64,000 bases of DNA from a virus. The stretch is taken from IMG/VR virus record IMGVR_UViG_3300021197_001769; one strand, given 5' to 3'. The stretch's first letter is position 1. Each line of letters starts with the position of its first letter. The notes under the pieces were generated by a model. It did no database searches, was not told where the DNA came from, and worked only from the letters and a program-made list of their open reading frames with translations. Positions 19,557 through 29,034 of this stretch are shown one piece after another. The position numbers and the translations under genes are program-made.

Positions 19557-19993
19557 AAAGAATAAAAGCTGAATTACATCAAGTAGTAACTCAACATGGT
19601 TGGTTTGAAGGTAATCAAATTAGTTTACAATCTCCTACAGACGATTGGCATTATGGCTGCGGTTGGGTAGCTGATAAACCTGATAGTTATTTCAATGCTA
19701 TTAATACAGATGATAGTTGGGAAATAACAAGATTCATAAAAGATTATAACTTAGTTAGAACTAGAGTTATGTTAATGCACCCTAAGACTTGTTATACGTA
19801 TCATAAAGATAGAACACCTAGAGTTCATTTAGCTGTAAATACTCATGAACATTGTTTTCATGTAACTGGTGATAAAGCAGAACATGTACCTGCTAATGGT
19901 CATGCATATAGGTTAGATACTACTGTAGGACATACAGCTATGAATTGTACTAAAAATGTTAAACGTATTCACTTGGTTGGTTGCCAAGAGTAG
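19526..19993 (+). CDS. Asp-beta-hydroxylase-like cupin
   Basis: RTRVMLMHPKTCYTYHKD..RVHLAV...DTTVGHTAMN...RIHLV. Confidence 0.75.
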   Translation: MDRLSKIYDVERIKAELHQVVTQHGWFEGNQISLQSPTDDWHYGCGWVADKPDSYFNAINTDDSWEITRFIKDYNLVRTRVMLMHPKTCYTYHKDRTPRVHLAVNTHEHCFHVTGDKAEHVPANGHAYRLDTTVGHTAMNCTKNVKRIHLVGCQE

Positions 19994-20538
19994 TGTACTA
20001 ATTTTACTTCACCGTCTTGAATAAATGTGTCTTGTACCGCTCGTTGAACCCAGGCTTCTGAAACTGTGATAACTTTGAGGCGACGTCTTGCTGAGTCTTC
20101 GACAAAGTATTGTTCTCCGTTGACGGGTCCAACTGTCGTCTTATTTCTAATATATTTTGTCGAATAATACTCAGGTTTAGATCTGTATTTTTCGACGATG
20201 TATTTGCAGTCTCTAGGGTAGTATTTATAGAAACCACCATTGATTTTATATCTTTCATTGTGTGTATCTCTCCACCAGGCTGGTATACTTAAAAATTCTC
20301 CTCTATTGATAGGGTAATTAAATAACTCCATATAATCATTATGTAATTCAATATCAACATCTATTACGCATATAGGTTCGTTTATGTCTAATTCCATAAA
20401 CCTTAATTTATTCCATTGCAGAATAAAAGGATGTTCTTCTTTATTTAGAAATTCAATGCTTGGTAATTTATTTTTTAAATAGGTTTCATATTCAGGACCG
20501 TACTTGGTACCTACCCTAACTGCATATACTTTGACCAT
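19969..20538 (-). CDS. Glycosyltransferase-like protein (GT-A, DxD)
   Basis: GTKYGPEY, WNKL, IDVDI, INGGF, GEQYFV; paralog of two neighbours. Confidence 0.7.
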   Translation of the reverse strand: MVKVYAVRVGTKYGPEYETYLKNKLPSIEFLNKEEHPFILQWNKLRFMELDINEPICVIDVDIELHNDYMELFNYPINRGEFLSIPAWWRDTHNERYKINGGFYKYYPRDCKYIVEKYRSKPEYYSTKYIRNKTTVGPVNGEQYFVEDSARRRLKVITVSEAWVQRAVQDTFIQDGEVKLVHYSWQPTK

Positions 20539-21074
20539 GGACCATCCTCTAACATTTTTTCGCCAGCTTGATTAAAAATTATAACAGGCCACTTTTCATC
20601 AAAACCATGCCAGTTGTAACTTGTACAGACAGGATCATAAGTTTCATACACCATATCTAATTCGTAAATATATTGATCTATGCCTTTATAATTTAACATA
20701 TAATAATCTGAGTTAGCTGCAAATGTGTTATAATAAAAACTATAGTCACCTTTCCAAGACATTATAGATGAATTTAATGGAGTATGATGAGCAGTTCTCC
20801 ACCAAGCATGTAGTAAAGTAAAGTTATCTCTTACCAAGTGTTCGACATTATCTTTTATACAAACATCTAAATCGAAATATAAGTAAGGACCGTTTTTAAA
20901 GTCTCTAAATAATTGAAGTTTATTCCACACGCCATCATATTGCTCATCTCTTATTATGTGTATTTTATCATACCTAGTACCAGTATTAGATAACATATAA
21001 ACTATATTATCAACATATTTTTCTGAATATTTGTTTCCAGTATTAACTAATAATATGTCTAGTAAGGTTCCCAA
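20511..21074 (-). CDS. Glycosyltransferase-like protein (GT-A, DxD)
   Basis: GNKYSEKYV, WNKLQLF, YFDLDV, NSSIMSW, GIDQYI. Confidence 0.75.
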   Translation of the reverse strand: MGTLLDILLVNTGNKYSEKYVDNIVYMLSNTGTRYDKIHIIRDEQYDGVWNKLQLFRDFKNGPYLYFDLDVCIKDNVEHLVRDNFTLLHAWWRTAHHTPLNSSIMSWKGDYSFYYNTFAANSDYYMLNYKGIDQYIYELDMVYETYDPVCTSYNWHGFDEKWPVIIFNQAGEKMLEDGPWSKYMQLG

Positions 21075-21394
21075 TTATCCGTCTCATCATCATGCCACCC
21101 CATTGCTAATTTTACATCATCGCTTACTCTTGACATATCAAATGGAGGATCAAAAGTAGTAATAACTTCACAATCTTTTACACCAGGAGAGTTAATTACT
21201 GCTTTCTTTATTTCTTTTATTATCCAATCGGCTGCAGGACAAAAAGCAGAAGTTAATGTATGTGTTAGAGTCACAAAGGGTAATTTTTCTAAATTGATAT
21301 CGTATATTAAACCTAAGTCATATATGTTAATAGATATTTCAGGGTCGTAAACTTCTTTTAGTCTACTTATTATTTGTTCTTTAATTACTTCCAT
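21059..21394 (-). CDS. Fe-S cluster assembly factor, SufT/DUF59 (MIP18) family
   Basis: LKEVYDPEISINIYDLGLIY...TLTSAFCP...FDPP. Confidence 0.93.
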   Translation of the reverse strand: MEVIKEQIISRLKEVYDPEISINIYDLGLIYDINLEKLPFVTLTHTLTSAFCPAADWIIKEIKKAVINSPGVKDCEVITTFDPPFDMSRVSDDVKLAMGWHDDETDNWEPY

Positions 21395-22011
21395 TTTCCT
21401 ACCACTATAAATCTTCTATAATCTTCGAACCATATTCTATCACCATGTAGCATATGAATATCATTATCTTTAGCTAACTGAACAGCACTCTCTTTACAAT
21501 TAATATGATCTGGTTCATCTACTTTATCATTACTAGTAATCATAAGTAGAGTTCTTTCTGGTGCTATGAATACTTTTTTCATATTACCAAAGTCGTCCAT
21601 ATGCTCACAACTAGTATTAATAATTATATGAGCTCTTCTTTCGTTTGTATCTTCAAACCAATCTTGATTGAATATATTAATTTCAAAAGCTGGTTTAAAT
21701 ATATCTATATACTTTCTTAGTACAGTGCAAGCGAAATCATCTAATTCATAAAAATTAATTTTTCTTATTGGTATATCTAAAAACTTAACTAACATACCTA
21801 TAAGAGGCCAACCAAACCAGCCTCCTACTATCTCTATAGTTACTTCACCATTCTCATCTGTAGGTATAACTATATTTTTATCTTTAAGACCATAAAATAA
21901 TTGTTGTTTAGATTTCTGTTGATTCTCAGATACTGATTGAACGAATCTATCTATCTTATCCGGATGATTATAATAGAACCACTTAAGCATATTAGCGTAT
22001 TCAATTTGCAT
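21385..22011 (-). CDS. Class I SAM-dependent methyltransferase-like protein
   Basis: IVGGWFG (motif I-like), FYELD, IINTSCEHM, SN....DHINC. Confidence 0.65.
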   Translation of the reverse strand: MQIEYANMLKWFYYNHPDKIDRFVQSVSENQQKSKQQLFYGLKDKNIVIPTDENGEVTIEIVGGWFGWPLIGMLVKFLDIPIRKINFYELDDFACTVLRKYIDIFKPAFEINIFNQDWFEDTNERRAHIIINTSCEHMDDFGNMKKVFIAPERTLLMITSNDKVDEPDHINCKESAVQLAKDNDIHMLHGDRIWFEDYRRFIVVGKWK

Positions 22012-22417
22012 TACTACCCTTTACTATGTACCACTTATCTATATTATAGTTAAAATCTACTTTAGTTATTTCGTTATCGAGAATAATTTGATCACAACTA
22101 GTTGTAGGGTTACAATCGCCATTATGCTGATCGTTATCTCCTATAACAATCATATCACCTTTATATACTTTACCTATAGGATAGTGCTTTTCAGTATTAA
22201 AATCAACTACTAATTCGTTAAAGGTTATATTATCGAATATAGCATCTCTTGGATTCTCAAACTTAGGATCATAATCTACAACGTCTAGATCTATTCCTAA
22301 TCCTTTGACTTCTCTTATTAATCGTGGTCTCTCATTACTAGCTATAAAAGTTACTGATTCATAACCTCCATCTATAATAGCATTTAGTAATAACTTTTCC
22401 ACATCTCTTCTGCCCAT
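22001..22417 (-). CDS. Hypothetical protein, possibly a divergent methyltransferase-fold protein
   Basis: 138 aa; VDYDP, NTEKHYP, HNGDCNP loosely parallel the neighbouring protein. Confidence 0.45.
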   Translation of the reverse strand: MGRRDVEKLLLNAIIDGGYESVTFIASNERPRLIREVKGLGIDLDVVDYDPKFENPRDAIFDNITFNELVVDFNTEKHYPIGKVYKGDMIVIGDNDQHNGDCNPTTSCDQIILDNEITKVDFNYNIDKWYIVKGSNAN

Positions 22418-23109
22418 CCTTTTGCCTCATCTAATTCAAATGCTTGCTCTGTTATACCTTTGTTATAAAGTATATGTGAAGTATTGAATATACTCATCCT
22501 ACCTTTTTTCTGAAACCACTCTCTATTGTAGTTACTTACTATACCTTCATCCCAGAAATCCATCAACCCTTTTCTATGAGCTTGATAAAATAAAAACTTA
22601 TCTAAAGACTTATAAGTGAAGAAAGCTTTTTCTTCGTTATCTTTAAGTAAGTTGTATAAGTATCTACCTTTATCACCTTCCCACATAACGAAAGAAGAAT
22701 TGACATGACATGATACACCTTTACCATACCATCTTTCAGATCTCTCTTTATAATTGTTCCAGTAGTTCCATATAAATTTAGGTCTAGGAAAATCTAAATC
22801 TAATAAATCATCTATATTTGAATGTATAAGTATATCTAAATCTAACCAACAATTTTTACCTTCTACGAATTTGTCGAATAAGACGAGTTTTTCTCTTGTA
22901 AAGATTTGATTTTTTGGATGAGGAAAAGGATCGAAGCTGGTATAATCGATACAATTGATACTAGAATCAATCCCGTGAAAATTATCAGAAATAAGATTAA
23001 GTACGAAAGACTTACTACAGTGGTGCCGTAAAGAACCGTAAAGTCTGTTGACGTATTCCGGGCCATATTTTTCTCCCCATTTAAATGTATAGAAGTTTAT
23101 TTCGGCCAT
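22384..23109 (-). CDS. Glycosyltransferase-like protein (GT-A, DxD)
   Basis: KWGEKYGPEYVNRLY, KLVLF, LDLDILI, NSSFVMW. Confidence 0.78.
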   Translation of the reverse strand: MAEINFYTFKWGEKYGPEYVNRLYGSLRHHCSKSFVLNLISDNFHGIDSSINCIDYTSFDPFPHPKNQIFTREKLVLFDKFVEGKNCWLDLDILIHSNIDDLLDLDFPRPKFIWNYWNNYKERSERWYGKGVSCHVNSSFVMWEGDKGRYLYNLLKDNEEKAFFTYKSLDKFLFYQAHRKGLMDFWDEGIVSNYNREWFQKKGRMSIFNTSHILYNKGITEQAFELDEAKGWAEEMWKSYY

Positions 23110-24152
23110 AGTGCATGACCAGTACCTAATTTACGTTTAGGTATTTTACTATCTGCAGATGATACACAAGTATCTGTAGAACATATTTTAGGGCCGTCAA
23201 ACAATTTAAATCCTTTATGAATATAACCTAAAGGTTTATCATTACAACTATAGCTTCTTTTTACGCTACCGTCTGGCTCTCTAATAATTATAGATCTATA
23301 ACCTGATGAACATTCCCAACCTTTAAATCTATTAAAGTTAAAAGCATTAAATCTCTCAGCTTGATCCATCCACCATTCTTTTCCTTTACTGTCTTTCATG
23401 ACAACTTGAAAAATTTGTTTACCGTCTATATTCTGAGGCATACCGTTATGAAGCAACTCTAACATTTCATCAGTGTAACCATCCACAACAAATGAAGCAG
23501 TAGGGTCTGATTGAGGTTTAAGTGTAACGTTAATATCTTTTTCAGCAAAGTATTGAGCATCTTCCCAACATTGCCAGAATGTATCAACTAACATAACTTG
23601 ATTAATAGTTAATTTAACTCCATTGTCTTGTAAATAAACTAACTTGTCTCTAAACTCTTCTAACTTAGCTTCAGTGTTAACATGCTCTCTATGACAAGAA
23701 GCTGTAATAGAAGCTCTTTGAAATTTATTAGCTGATTTAAGATATCTATCCCACCAAGGTCCTTTCCTTGATAAGTTAGTTGTCATATGTATTGAAGTAT
23801 AATTGCAATTATCAGCGTCATCAGCAAGATGCTCGAGTATTTCCAAATACCCTGGATGAAAAGTAGGTTCACCGCCACTAAGTGAAAAATGAAATGAATT
23901 AAACCCATTGTCCCTCGCTTGTCTTTTTATTTCGTCTATAGTCATTAAACATAATTCAGTATCTCTATGATCTTTAGTTCTACTTGAAGCATAAGGCCAG
24001 CAATATGAACATGAATAATTACAAAATCTTCCTAGTAGCCATGATACAGTAAACAGGTCTTTAACTACCATACTATGCTGACCTACCATTTCTATATCTT
24101 CAAATGGTATAGCATTAAAATCATAATCACTGAGAGTTGAAATAGAATTCAT
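23097..24152 (-). CDS. Radical SAM protein with C-terminal Cys-rich (SPASM/twitch-like) domain
   Basis: CNYSCSYC, SGGEPT, TTNLS; C-terminal Cys (ECSSG, YSC, ICSTDTC). Confidence 0.93.
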   Translation of the reverse strand: MNSISTLSDYDFNAIPFEDIEMVGQHSMVVKDLFTVSWLLGRFCNYSCSYCWPYASSRTKDHRDTELCLMTIDEIKRQARDNGFNSFHFSLSGGEPTFHPGYLEILEHLADDADNCNYTSIHMTTNLSRKGPWWDRYLKSANKFQRASITASCHREHVNTEAKLEEFRDKLVYLQDNGVKLTINQVMLVDTFWQCWEDAQYFAEKDINVTLKPQSDPTASFVVDGYTDEMLELLHNGMPQNIDGKQIFQVVMKDSKGKEWWMDQAERFNAFNFNRFKGWECSSGYRSIIIREPDGSVKRSYSCNDKPLGYIHKGFKLFDGPKICSTDTCVSSADSKIPKRKLGTGHALWPK

Positions 24153-24897
24153 ATTGCTGCTCTCCTATTGTATTTTTTATTACATCTTTATTAATAGTAT
24201 TCTTAATTTTGCTTTCAATTATTTTATATTCTTTTTCAGCATTTTCTGCTCTAAATGACATTCTATCTAATTTTTCTTTATAGTCAATATCGTATTCCAT
24301 TTCTTTTAACTTTTGATGTACTCTAGCTAACATTTTAGATACTCTTCCATAAGGAGGGGATTGTAGATAAGCAAAAGGGTCTCTATTAATTCTTAAAGCA
24401 TCAAGACCTACTACCCATAATTTACCTTTTTTATCTATCAAAGCTCTTTCGTCAAAGTAATCATTTAATCCCATATACATCATACCTTGATGAGGATTAG
24501 TCGATCCTTTATCTTTATACATTTCTTTAATATAAGGAGCTCCAACAGTGTAAATCATATAAGGTACAAAATTAAAAGCCCAAAAATAATATTCAACAAC
24601 TTGACTTACTGATGTATTAATAATAGGGTGTTTATATTCTGTACCAAAGTAATGACTAGCTTGCATAGCGTTAGGTATAAATTTATAAGCAACTTGAGCA
24701 GTTGAACCTTGTCTTTCCCATGCAAGTAATTTAGGAAAAAAATCTAACTTATCAATATACTCTTTCATAAATTCTTTTTGCATATCAAATTTACGTATTT
24801 GATTATCGGTATGTAATTGGTATCGTTTAGCACAGTAACCTTTTTTCTCATTTATTTCTAATAAGTTTAATTTAATTTCATTCCATTTGTCTGGCAT
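24127..24897 (-). CDS. Hypothetical protein (possibly degenerate kinase-like fold)
   Basis: 256-aa ORF tightly packed in the operon; FPKLL..AYKFI..LIDKKGKLWVVGLD only weakly kinase-like. Confidence 0.5.
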   Translation of the reverse strand: MPDKWNEIKLNLLEINEKKGYCAKRYQLHTDNQIRKFDMQKEFMKEYIDKLDFFPKLLAWERQGSTAQVAYKFIPNAMQASHYFGTEYKHPIINTSVSQVVEYYFWAFNFVPYMIYTVGAPYIKEMYKDKGSTNPHQGMMYMGLNDYFDERALIDKKGKLWVVGLDALRINRDPFAYLQSPPYGRVSKMLARVHQKLKEMEYDIDYKEKLDRMSFRAENAEKEYKIIESKIKNTINKDVIKNTIGEQQYEFYFNSQ

Positions 24898-24898
24898 A

Positions 24899-25921
24899 TT
24901 AACTCCACTGCGCTGTAAAAGGGTCGAATACCTTATTACATTTTATAGCGCATACTTCTAATTTGTTTTCACCTTGCCAAGCTCTTTCAATAGATTCTAA
25001 AAAACCTGATTCCATAACTTCTTTAGTAGAAGTTTCTAATGCTGATATATTATACTTCTTTATATGGTCCCATATTTGTGTAGACTCTTTAGGTAAATAC
25101 CACTTATACATTTGACCTGCTGTCCAACAACAAGGTAAAATAAAACCTTCAGCACTTATATACAGTTCTTTTTTTTCTACACACTTAGGACAAACTTTTT
25201 CTTCTTTAATTATTTTTTTAATATCAAAATCTTTTTGTAGCTCTTTATTTCTCCACTTAGGATTTGTAGGTTCAGATAATAAAGAACTTAAACCTTTTCT
25301 AAAAACTGCTTGATGTTTAGTTTTTCTTTCTTGATTAGCTGTAATATATCTACCTGACTTCTTAGGTATAAATTTATTAACACCTAATAACTTAGAATAC
25401 TTTTCTGCTTCTTCTACTTGGTGTTCATTGTAATTAAAAACTAAAAAAGTCCAATCAGCTTTGCCTCCTGCAGAAGTAAATGCATCTAAGTTCTCTTCTA
25501 CATGCTGCCATTTTACTCCTTGTCTATAATGATGATTAGTATCTTCTAAACCATCTATAGAAAAATTAACATGTACATCGTATTGAGCTAATTCTTCCCA
25601 CCATTCAACTTTTCTAGCTCCACCGTTAGTAGTCATACCTAGTTTAAGATAAGGATTGCATTCTCTTAGATACTTAAACATTTCTAAACATTCAGGAGCA
25701 AAGATAGGATCACCATGATTACCACACATGTATAATGTATTGAGTTGCTGTACAAATTCTTTAGGTAGTATGTGCTTAACTTGATCTGCTGTAAGAGACT
25801 TATTTTTTAAGAACTGGTTTACATCACCTCCGTTTTTATTTCTATCACACATAGGGCAAGATGCTTGACAGAGTTGAGTAGGCTCTAAGTGTATTTGTCT
25901 TATATCTTCATACTTATACAT
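24899..25921 (-). CDS. Radical SAM/SPASM protein
   Basis: CQASCPMC, CGNHGDP, TTNGG, SIDGLEDTNHHYR, G.ILPCC, CAIKC. Confidence 0.93.
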   Translation of the reverse strand: MYKYEDIRQIHLEPTQLCQASCPMCDRNKNGGDVNQFLKNKSLTADQVKHILPKEFVQQLNTLYMCGNHGDPIFAPECLEMFKYLRECNPYLKLGMTTNGGARKVEWWEELAQYDVHVNFSIDGLEDTNHHYRQGVKWQHVEENLDAFTSAGGKADWTFLVFNYNEHQVEEAEKYSKLLGVNKFIPKKSGRYITANQERKTKHQAVFRKGLSSLLSEPTNPKWRNKELQKDFDIKKIIKEEKVCPKCVEKKELYISAEGFILPCCWTAGQMYKWYLPKESTQIWDHIKKYNISALETSTKEVMESGFLESIERAWQGENKLEVCAIKCNKVFDPFTAQWS

Positions 25922-26456
25922 ACATTAACCTTGTACTAAATCTCATTTGATTCATAATAAAATTATTCAAATCAAGTCTTGCATGCCTAAAAAAGCCATC
26001 TGGTTCAATTAGTCTTAAGTTTAATAATTCTTTTTTAGTTCCTTTTGTTGAAACTGTAGACGGGTAAACATCTCTAGTTTGTAATAGCATATTAGTAGGG
26101 TTCATATCTCCATGAACAAAGTAGTGGCCATATTCATTATAATATGTTAGACTACCTCTCATTAATTCGTAATAGTATAATAGTACTGCATTTAATTCTT
26201 TCTTAGTACAAGTTCTAAAATGAACCGATTCACCTTTTACATACTCCATTACAATTCTATTAGATGTTACTTCATAAACTTCACATATAGAAGGAACTAT
26301 TTCTCTGTATCTTTTATATCTCTCAAACCAAATATCACCTAATTGATTATTGTATAAAGCATGACCATGAATATCTTTTGCACCTTTAAAAGTTTTAATA
26401 ACAATATCGTTATCTAATTCTACTTTCTGTATATCGTTTTCAGATAATAACATCAT
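25914..26456 (-). CDS. Protein-kinase-like/phosphotransferase protein
   Basis: VIKT, IVMEYVKG, catalytic loop HGDMNPTNML, LIEPD. Confidence 0.75.
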   Translation of the reverse strand: MMLLSENDIQKVELDNDIVIKTFKGAKDIHGHALYNNQLGDIWFERYKRYREIVPSICEVYEVTSNRIVMEYVKGESVHFRTCTKKELNAVLLYYYELMRGSLTYYNEYGHYFVHGDMNPTNMLLQTRDVYPSTVSTKGTKKELLNLRLIEPDGFFRHARLDLNNFIMNQMRFSTRLMYV

Positions 26457-27184
26457 TGAGGTTTGCTACATTTCAATTCGGGGTTACCATATTCAAGCAT
26501 TTCAAAGCCCCATTCTCTCTCAAAGCACCAAAAACATTTACCACAATGATGACCAGTAAAGTTATCTGGTTCTTCACAAGACCAAGTTAAAGGATATAGT
26601 TCTTCAAATACACCATAATCTCTATAAGTTTGAGCTACACCTTTCTTATCAGTTTCATGAAACTGATCATTATATGAGAAGTCTTTTTTACCATTATGCC
26701 ATTTAACTAAATCTTTATTGTATCCACTATTGACATCTCTATTAGGATCTCTTCTACATTCTCCTACTTGCTCATCATACCACTTATTAAACTCATCAGG
26801 AGGATTAGTAGTAGTTGCAGATACTAATGATTGAATTTTACTAGCGTCTTTTAACTCTGTTACTATATCTCTTTGTCCTTGAATATAACCTTTGGCTCTA
26901 CTATAACCAGTTTCTGGGTCGTAAGTTAAAGAGCCATCTACATATCTTACAATATGTTCTACTGGCCACACACCTAACTTATTGCCTGTATATTCAATAA
27001 CTTGTTGTGCATAATAATTGTATAGTCTTTTACTAGTAGTAATAACTGTAACAGCATATAAGTCTATGTTCTTATCTTTTATAAAATCACATAAAGCATA
27101 ATACATTATAGATGAGTCTGCGCCTCCTGATATTTTACACGCAACTCCTTTAGTTCCTTCTGGGAAGGTGAAACTAAGAGACAT
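26453..27184 (-). CDS. QueC-like PP-loop ATPase
   Basis: PP-loop SGGADSS; Zn site TWSC...HCGKCFWC.ER. Confidence 0.8.
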   Translation of the reverse strand: MSLSFTFPEGTKGVACKISGGADSSIMYYALCDFIKDKNIDLYAVTVITTSKRLYNYYAQQVIEYTGNKLGVWPVEHIVRYVDGSLTYDPETGYSRAKGYIQGQRDIVTELKDASKIQSLVSATTTNPPDEFNKWYDEQVGECRRDPNRDVNSGYNKDLVKWHNGKKDFSYNDQFHETDKKGVAQTYRDYGVFEELYPLTWSCEEPDNFTGHHCGKCFWCFEREWGFEMLEYGNPELKCSKPQ

Positions 27185-28349
27185 ATTTAAATTCCTCCAC
27201 TAGGTTGTATAATGACTCGTCTCTAGATTTATCTAGAGTGTCGGTATAGTTTTTAAATTTAGGAAGTAGATGAGACCAATCTTCTTTATACATGTAGTCC
27301 GCGATGCTATCTTTCTTTCTAATAACTATATCATAATTTTTTTCTAAGTACAAAGCAGCTCTATCTTTGAGCTCTTCTGGTAATACTCTTATATTTAACT
27401 GTTCGGGATGGTTAAGTATATTCAAGTAAACAGGTATACCTAAAGGATTAAGATAATCAAACAGTTCATGCAATCTAAGAATATTATAAATTTGAACAGT
27501 ACAATGAACTTCTAATCTAACATTTTTCATATTTCTAAAACGTTTTAGATTCTCATCTATCTTCTTCCATGAACTAGGATATCTAATATACCTATCTAAT
27601 TCACCAAACGCATCAACTGAAGCATTAAGTTTTACTTGCTTAAAGTGTTTCCAGTAGTCAACTAACTTATCAGGTATGTTAGTTAAATTAGTATTATACT
27701 TTAATTTTATATTATGTGCAAGTCCTTTTTCAATTAAACTATCATATAGTTGATATTGTTGTTTAATTAATGTAGGCTCACCCCCTGTAAGATATATTTC
27801 TTCTATATCTAATCTATGCTTATCTATTTGGTCCCATAAGAAAGGTTCATCTGGCCAAGTCATATTCTTTAGATACTTAAGTCTATCTTCAGGTAGCTTT
27901 TTATCTTCATCTGCTATTAGATTCCATTCTTTAGTCCACATACTTGACGCGTAAGGGTTACACATTCTACATTTCAGGTTACATAAATTACCTAATCTTA
28001 AATCTAAATATTTTACTTTAATAGGTGGTTTAGTACTCTTTTTAAAGTCAAACATATATCTATTATTAGCAGACTGTCTAGCTGATTCTACACCAGCTTG
28101 TTCTTCTCTGTAACATCTTTTACATATTCTAGATTTTTTCCCTCTTAGCATTTTATCTCTAAGATTAATCATATATTCAGAGTACCACATTTCTTCAATA
28201 GTATCTTCTACTACATTGTAATGTGTACCATCAGGTTTAGTTATAGTAGTACCTTGAGCAATATTACAACAAGGTCTATATTTACCTGTTGAAGTTGTAG
28301 CAATATGCATCCACGGTAATATACAGAACGATTTATTCTTCATAGACAA
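27174..28349 (-). CDS. Radical SAM protein with N-terminal twitch/SPASM-like domain
   Basis: FCILPWMH..RPCC..CKRC; DLRLGNLCNLKCRMC; TGGEPT; YNTN; YIRYP. Confidence 0.94.
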   Translation of the reverse strand: MSMKNKSFCILPWMHIATTSTGKYRPCCNIAQGTTITKPDGTHYNVVEDTIEEMWYSEYMINLRDKMLRGKKSRICKRCYREEQAGVESARQSANNRYMFDFKKSTKPPIKVKYLDLRLGNLCNLKCRMCNPYASSMWTKEWNLIADEDKKLPEDRLKYLKNMTWPDEPFLWDQIDKHRLDIEEIYLTGGEPTLIKQQYQLYDSLIEKGLAHNIKLKYNTNLTNIPDKLVDYWKHFKQVKLNASVDAFGELDRYIRYPSSWKKIDENLKRFRNMKNVRLEVHCTVQIYNILRLHELFDYLNPLGIPVYLNILNHPEQLNIRVLPEELKDRAALYLEKNYDIVIRKKDSIADYMYKEDWSHLLPKFKNYTDTLDKSRDESLYNLVEEFKYVS

Positions 28350-29034
28350 GCCTTTGTTTTCTTAGTTTAAGTGCAGTAGCAATAAAGTTAAACTTTTTAC
28401 CTTTTACAAATTTACCTAGATCTCTTTTTCTATCTAGCTCTTTAAATATATCTTCTGTTAGTTTACATTTAACTAACTTTATGTTATTCTTTAACTCTGA
28501 ATTAGTAAATCTAATATACATTAAAGGATCACCTCTTTCTACTTTAAGTATATCATTAGTTCTATTAAACTGAAAGCCCCAAGATACATTTCTAACCCAA
28601 CTGTGTATATTGAAACTACCTCCTATGATTTGACCGGGGTACGAGTGGTTAAACGGGGGCATTATATCCATTAGAGTAGGTTGATCAGCTATAAACAAAT
28701 ATTTGAAAGCCATTTGAAAGAAAGGTTTGTCTCTATCATGCATATCATTAGATGAATGATAACTAACTATTCTATTCATTTCATGATCATCTACTTGATT
28801 TGATTCTACTTTTACTTCACCTTTACTACTAGTAGCAGTAAATTGTATAGGAGATTTTATTACGTAAGTATTAGAAAAAAAGTTTTGATAAGAAGGACAA
28901 TGCATATAACCTTGCTTATTATAACCTCTCCAAGCATTATAATTATCTACATATCTTTCTGGTGGATAGATAATATAATCATGTAGATTATTATCTGGAT
29001 AACACCAACCTATCTGTTCTTTACTACTTCCCAT
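28333..29034 (-). CDS. Hypothetical protein (phage-conserved beta-rich type)
   Basis: 233 aa; HCPS..NTYVIKSP..IHSWVR..RGDPLMYIRF; function not recognised. Confidence 0.55.
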   Translation of the reverse strand: MGSSKEQIGWCYPDNNLHDYIIYPPERYVDNYNAWRGYNKQGYMHCPSYQNFFSNTYVIKSPIQFTATSSKGEVKVESNQVDDHEMNRIVSYHSSNDMHDRDKPFFQMAFKYLFIADQPTLMDIMPPFNHSYPGQIIGGSFNIHSWVRNVSWGFQFNRTNDILKVERGDPLMYIRFTNSELKNNIKLVKCKLTEDIFKELDRKRDLGKFVKGKKFNFIATALKLRKQRLVYEE

